Assembly: GCA_021819135.1 (NCBI GenBank)
Contig: JAKASE010000006.1
Coordinates: forward strand, 18,165-82,164
Length of the DNA: 64,000 nucleotides
Direction: 5' to 3'
DNA from: Thermoplasmata archaeon
GTDB taxonomy: Archaea; Thermoplasmatota; Thermoplasmata; Lutacidiplasmatales; UBA184
A model generated the notes under the pieces. It did no database searches. It was given only the letters and a program-made list of their open reading frames with translations, and had not been told where the DNA came from. Shown here piece by piece: positions 60,127-64,000 of the stretch (position 1 is the first letter of the stretch; the number at the start of each line of letters is the position of its first letter). The position numbers and the translations under genes are program-made.

Positions 60127-62433
60127 CTAGGGAACCGTGAGCCCGCGGTGCCACCGGTCGTAGAGCGGGGCGAGCGGCACCGTGCCCAGGGTCCGGCGGG
60201 ACCACCGAAGGTCCCCCTCGCCGGCGGTGACGGTGCCGAGCGCGGCGATCGGCACTCCGTGCAACAGTCGCTCGAACCTCGCCTCCCGTCCCGCCGGGAC
60301 CTCGACGACCCAGCGGGAGCCTCCCTCGGCCACGAGCGCGAGGGCCGGGTCGCCGAGCCCGGTACGGTCGAGGTCGACCGTGAAGCCGAGCCCGCCACCG
60401 AACGCCATCTCGGCGAGGGTCACGGCGAGTCCGCCGTCGGAGATGTCGTGGGCGGCGCAGAGGAGATTGCGGCGACGCGCGGCGAGGAGCCGCTCGCCCG
60501 CCGTCCGGACCGCCGCGGGATCGGCACGGGGGACCGCGAGCCCGGCCCGGCCCATCCGACGCGCCCATAGCGAACCCCCGAGCTCGCGCCGGGAGCGCCC
60601 GACCAGGTAGAGAAGATCCCCCGGGTGCTTGAGATCGCTCGTCACGGCCTCGGCCAGGTTCGTGAGGAGACCCGTCGCCATCAGGACCGGGGTCGGCGGG
60701 ATCTCGGCGCCGAGGCCCCCGTTGTAGAAGCTCACGTTGCCCGAGGGGACGGCGAAGCCGAGCGCCCGTGCCGCCCGCCCGAGTCCCTCCGTGACGGCCA
60801 CGAAATCCCCCATCACCCTCGGGTCCTCGGGGTTGCCGAAGTTGAGACAGTTCGTGAACGCGTCCGGCCGGGCGCCGACCGCGTAGAGGTTGCGGGCCGC
60901 CTCCTCCACGACGAGCGCGGCCCCCGTGCGCGGGTCCTCCCGGCAGGCCCACGGCTGGGTCGCGGTCGTGATCGCGAGCGCCCGGGCGCTCTCGGGCCGT
61001 GGCTGGATCACCGCCGCGTCGCCGTGCGAGGGGGAGGTCACCCGGCCCTGCAGGGGCTTCACGACGGTGCGTCCCTGGACCTCGTGGTCGTAGACCCGGA
61101 TCACGGGCTCCCGAGAGACCGACGCGGGGTCGAGGACGAGCGACTCGAAGAGCCCCACGAGGTCGTCCGCCGGCACCGACGGGGCGGCCCGTCGGCGCCG
61201 CGGCCTCGGGCGCGTCCGGCGGTGGATCGGGGGCGGGTCGACGCGGAAGCCGAGCCGAAGATGGGCCGCCGGGCGGCCGTTCCACTCGAGGATCTCGTAC
61301 GGCCCCGCGATGACCTCGCCGATGTCTGTCACCGGCACGTCGTGCCGTCGGAAGATCTCCTCGACCCGGGGAACGTTCGCGGGCCGGACGTCGAGGACCA
61401 TCCGTTCCTGGGACTCGGAGATCCAGACCTCCCAGGGCTTGAGGCCCTCCTCCCGCCGCGGGACCTTCGCGAGGTCGACCCGGAGGCCGAGCCCTCCGGC
61501 GTACGCGAGCTCCCCGGCGGCGGTGGCGACCCCTCCGCCCCCGAGGTCCTTGAGGCCCTCCACGAGGTTCGCGTCGAACGACTCGAGGCAGGCGTGGATC
61601 AGCGGCTCCTTCATGATCGGATTGCCGAGCTGCACGGCGCCGCGCGACTCAGATTCGCTCTCGCTGGTCAGCTCCCTCGAGGCGAACGCGACGCCGCCGA
61701 TCCCGTCCCGGCCGGTGAGCCCGCCCACGAGGACCAGCCGGTCCCCGGCCGCCCGGGCCCGGTTCGGGCGGAGGCGGGGCCGGGGCAGGAACCCGACGCA
61801 CCCGACGTTGACGAGCGGGTTCACGAGGTAGGCGGGGTCGAAATAGACGCCCCCCGAGACCGTCGGCACCCCGACCCGGTTGCCGTAGTCGCGGATGCCG
61901 GCGATGACGCCCTCCGCGAGGTAGCGCGGGGTCTTGACGCCCTTCGGCATCGACTCCGGCCCCCGGTCGAGAGGGCCGAAGAACAGGGGGTCGGCGAGCG
62001 CGATCGGTTTCGCGCCGACGGCGAGCACGTCCCGGAGGATGCCGCCGATGCCGGTGGCGGCCCCACCGTACGGTTCCACCGCCGAGGGGTGGTTATGGGA
62101 CTCGATGCGGAGCGCATAGGCATACCCCGGCTCGAACCGCATCACGCCCGCGTCGCCGGTCCCGAGGACGCGGAGCCGGGGCCGCAGGGCCCCGAACGCC
62201 TTCTTCAGGAACGGTCGCGAGCTCTTGTAGCTGCAGTGCTCGCTCCAGCTCTGCGCGAGCCCCGCGAGCTCGACATCCGTCGGGTCGCGGCCCTCCGCGC
62301 GGAAGTACGAGCGGATCCGCTCCAGCTCCTCCCGGTGGAAGCCGAGGCCCCGCTCCCGCGACGTGCGTTCGAGCGCGGCCAGAGAGCCGGAGCGGAACGG
62401 TACCGAGCCCACGCCGTCCGCCCAATCCGACAT
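60127..62433 (-). CDS. purL: phosphoribosylformylglycinamidine synthase subunit PurL
   Basis: 768 aa of the AIR-synthase-related fold with the conserved SHNHPSAVEPYGGAATG block. Confidence 0.93.
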   Translation of the reverse strand: MSDWADGVGSVPFRSGSLAALERTSRERGLGFHREELERIRSYFRAEGRDPTDVELAGLAQSWSEHCSYKSSRPFLKKAFGALRPRLRVLGTGDAGVMRFEPGYAYALRIESHNHPSAVEPYGGAATGIGGILRDVLAVGAKPIALADPLFFGPLDRGPESMPKGVKTPRYLAEGVIAGIRDYGNRVGVPTVSGGVYFDPAYLVNPLVNVGCVGFLPRPRLRPNRARAAGDRLVLVGGLTGRDGIGGVAFASRELTSESESESRGAVQLGNPIMKEPLIHACLESFDANLVEGLKDLGGGGVATAAGELAYAGGLGLRVDLAKVPRREEGLKPWEVWISESQERMVLDVRPANVPRVEEIFRRHDVPVTDIGEVIAGPYEILEWNGRPAAHLRLGFRVDPPPIHRRTRPRPRRRRAAPSVPADDLVGLFESLVLDPASVSREPVIRVYDHEVQGRTVVKPLQGRVTSPSHGDAAVIQPRPESARALAITTATQPWACREDPRTGAALVVEEAARNLYAVGARPDAFTNCLNFGNPEDPRVMGDFVAVTEGLGRAARALGFAVPSGNVSFYNGGLGAEIPPTPVLMATGLLTNLAEAVTSDLKHPGDLLYLVGRSRRELGGSLWARRMGRAGLAVPRADPAAVRTAGERLLAARRRNLLCAAHDISDGGLAVTLAEMAFGGGLGFTVDLDRTGLGDPALALVAEGGSRWVVEVPAGREARFERLLHGVPIAALGTVTAGEGDLRWSRRTLGTVPLAPLYDRWHRGLTVP

Positions 62434-62439
62434 GGTGCT

Positions 62440-62736
62440 CTAGGGTGAGACGAGGGGTTCGGCCGGTCGGATCGTGACCCGGTGGATCACGGGGTTCGCG
62501 AGCAGCCGATCGACGGCCGTCTCGGCGAGCCGTCGGGCCTCCCCGGCCGAGACCCCGGAGAACTCGAGATCGTAGATGCGGGCGGTCGTGACGTGGCGGA
62601 CCGACGGAAGACCGAGCAGACCCAGGGACTTCTCGATACTGAGCGCTTCCGCGTCCAGCACTCCCGGCTTCAGCTCGACCCGAACCTCCACGCGAACGAC
62701 CGCCGAGCCGGTGCTCACCGAGGGTCCCCGTCCCAT
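62440..62736 (-). CDS. purS: phosphoribosylformylglycinamidine synthase subunit PurS
   Basis: The roughly 85-aa PurS core (VEVRVELKPGVLDAEA...) sits immediately upstream of purL. Confidence 0.8.
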   Translation of the reverse strand: MGRGPSVSTGSAVVRVEVRVELKPGVLDAEALSIEKSLGLLGLPSVRHVTTARIYDLEFSGVSAGEARRLAETAVDRLLANPVIHRVTIRPAEPLVSP

Positions 62737-62816
62737 CTACGGTCGCAGAGAGATAACGATGCCTCCCGCCGGAGCGTACGGTCGGGGGCTCCGGCCCCTT
62801 TCGAGGACCGATACGG

Positions 62817-63578
62817 TCAGCCGCCGCCGAGACGCCCGAGGAGCCCGCCGACGGCTCCCTTGGTGAGCGCCCCCGCAAGGCTCTGGGGCGGCTGGGCGGG
62901 GGCCGAGCTCGCGCTCGCCCCTCCTTCGGTCGCCGCCCGCAGCGACGACGGGTCGATCGTCTGGAGCTCGATCCGACCGGGGCCCTCCACGTGGAGCGCC
63001 TCGAAGCTGAGCGCGTGGCCGGTGAGCCCTCCCCCGAGCGGCTGGTTGAACGCGCGGAGGGTGACGGTCGCATCCTTGCGGAGGACGGCCCCGTGATCGA
63101 CGTCCATCGCCTCTCCCGCCTTGAGATCGAAGCCGAGGATGTTGCCGTGCCCGTGGTAGACGATCGTGCCCGGACCGGTGAGCCGGTCCATCCAGAACCC
63201 GATCATCCGGCCGATGCGCCCGGTGCCCTGAACATAGAAGGTGGAATACTGCACCGTGCGGGTCGCGATCAGGAGCGAGTGCTCGGCGATGTCGATCGTC
63301 TGGCCCGGCTGGAGCTCGAGGCTCCGGACCTCCCCGGGGGAGAACCGGCTGAACGCGGCGTAGCCGGGACCCTGGTAGACGTGCATGAAGAACGGCATCC
63401 CGCCGACCATCGTCCGGCGGATGATCTGTCCGATCCCGCCCTGCGTCATCGCGCGGACCGCGAAACGGATCGAGGGGTCGGAGTAGACCATCAGGCCCGC
63501 CTCGCAGTAGATCTCCTCTCCGGCGGCGAGCTGGACGAGGGCGACCGGGACGAACTCGCCCTGGACCTTGATCTCCAT
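62817..63578 (-). CDS. AIM24 (DUF124/TIGR00266) family protein
   Basis: 253 aa with TRAP-like beta-sandwich repeats (GGMPFFMHVYQGPG..., GPGTIVYHGHG...). Confidence 0.8.
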   Translation of the reverse strand: MEIKVQGEFVPVALVQLAAGEEIYCEAGLMVYSDPSIRFAVRAMTQGGIGQIIRRTMVGGMPFFMHVYQGPGYAAFSRFSPGEVRSLELQPGQTIDIAEHSLLIATRTVQYSTFYVQGTGRIGRMIGFWMDRLTGPGTIVYHGHGNILGFDLKAGEAMDVDHGAVLRKDATVTLRAFNQPLGGGLTGHALSFEALHVEGPGRIELQTIDPSSLRAATEGGASASSAPAQPPQSLAGALTKGAVGGLLGRLGGG

Positions 63579-63582
63579 GGTC

Positions 63583-64000
63583 CTACACTCCGCTGTGGAC
63601 CATGATCGCGCCCGGCCCGCGGACGTCGAGCACCGGCTGGGCGAACCCGCCCCCGAAGGCGCCCCCGGCCTGCATCCAGTTCACCTGGACCCCGTTCGTG
63701 GGGGAGGCGAGGAGGAGGCCCTCGGTCGAGGTGCGGATCGCCTCGTTCGGGTTGAGCGTGAACGACAGCACGTTCCCGACCGACTGGAAGACGATCGTGC
63801 CGGGGCCGGTGAGCCGGTCGACAAAGAGGTAGTGGTTCTCCCGTTCGTTCCCGCGCTGGATCACCCACTGGGCGAGGACCATCGGGTAGTACCGGACCGT
63901 CTCGTCAAAGCAGATCAGGTGGCCGGAACGCAGCCGGACGACCTGGTTCGGCGCGAGATCGAGGACCCGTACCTCGCCCGCGCGATCCCGGGAGAACGTC
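63583..64000 (-). CDS. second AIM24 family paralog (partial; the N-terminus lies beyond the window end)
   Basis: The minus-strand frame stays open to the window edge (...FSRDRAGEVRVLDLAPNQVVRLRSGHLICFDETVRYYPMVLAQWVIQRG...GPGTIVFQSVGNVL...). It is paralogous to the upstream gene. Confidence 0.7.
   Translation of the reverse strand, partial: TFSRDRAGEVRVLDLAPNQVVRLRSGHLICFDETVRYYPMVLAQWVIQRGNERENHYLFVDRLTGPGTIVFQSVGNVLSFTLNPNEAIRTSTEGLLLASPTNGVQVNWMQAGGAFGGGFAQPVLDVRGPGAIMVHSGV

Overview
This 64 kb window is a very GC-rich (about 70%) archaeal chromosomal segment. Archaeal identity is supported by MCM, Cdc48, RpoN, the L18e-L13-S9 ribosomal cluster, aCPSF1/FttA, proteasome beta, SepF, Nmd3, Cgi121 and Dph6. 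Proteins are not acidic, so an extreme halophile is unlikely; a Thermoplasmatota-like euryarchaeon is my guess, not a tested result. Gene density is high, and many neighbouring genes overlap by ATGA/GTGA start-stop overlaps. Because the DNA is stop-codon poor, the ORF track also contains many long antisense Arg/Gly/Pro-rich ORFs; I rejected these using third-codon-position GC and recognisable protein families.

Real content, in order:
- a partial EF-Tu-like pseudo-GTPase and clpB;
- pyrD-pyrK-pyrG-aspS;
- mcm;
- a small SRP19-like ORF, a DUF424 protein, nmd3, sepF and pepA;
- a HerA/FtsK-like ATPase and a divergent coiled-coil protein;
- a HAD hydrolase and a V4R + Roadblock pair;
- GT2 and a PRC-barrel protein;
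- rpl18e-rpl13-rps9-rpoN;
- a 1124-aa secreted surface protein with about 45 N-x-S/T sequons;
- cdc48 and DUF72;
- a hypothetical protein, an MBL hydrolase and cgi121;
- tRNA-Gly(TCC) carrying a 31-nt insertion after the T-loop, and tRNA-Ser(TGA);
- a bacterial-type mutS-mutL pair translationally coupled to a small Hjc-like PD-(D/E)xK nuclease;
- GT4 and an alkaline-phosphatase-family gene;
- an IS element (DDE transposase, about 1.35 kb, imperfect inverted repeats);
- aCPSF1 and psmB;
- sdhA, sdhB and a CCG-domain subunit (type E succinate dehydrogenase);
- ridA, a zinc-ribbon protein and a CopG-type RHH protein;
- guaA-B and purE;
- a membrane protein and a KaiC-like ATPase;
- alaS, an MFS transporter, nth, folC, a methylmalonyl-CoA mutase, a methyltransferase, dph6, purL, purS, and two tandem AIM24 genes.

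Promoters look like TATA variants (TTATAT or ATTAAT) about 25-35 nt upstream of the start codon, which suggests mostly leaderless mRNAs.

The most interesting items are the mutS-mutL-nuclease cassette, the intron-containing tRNA-Gly, the heavily sequon-laden surface protein, the standalone HerA-like ATPase with its coiled-coil neighbour, and several genes with no canonical start codon (aspS, ridA, the SRP19-like ORF).

Coordinates I derived by hand-indexing rather than from the ORF track may be off by 1-2 nt.
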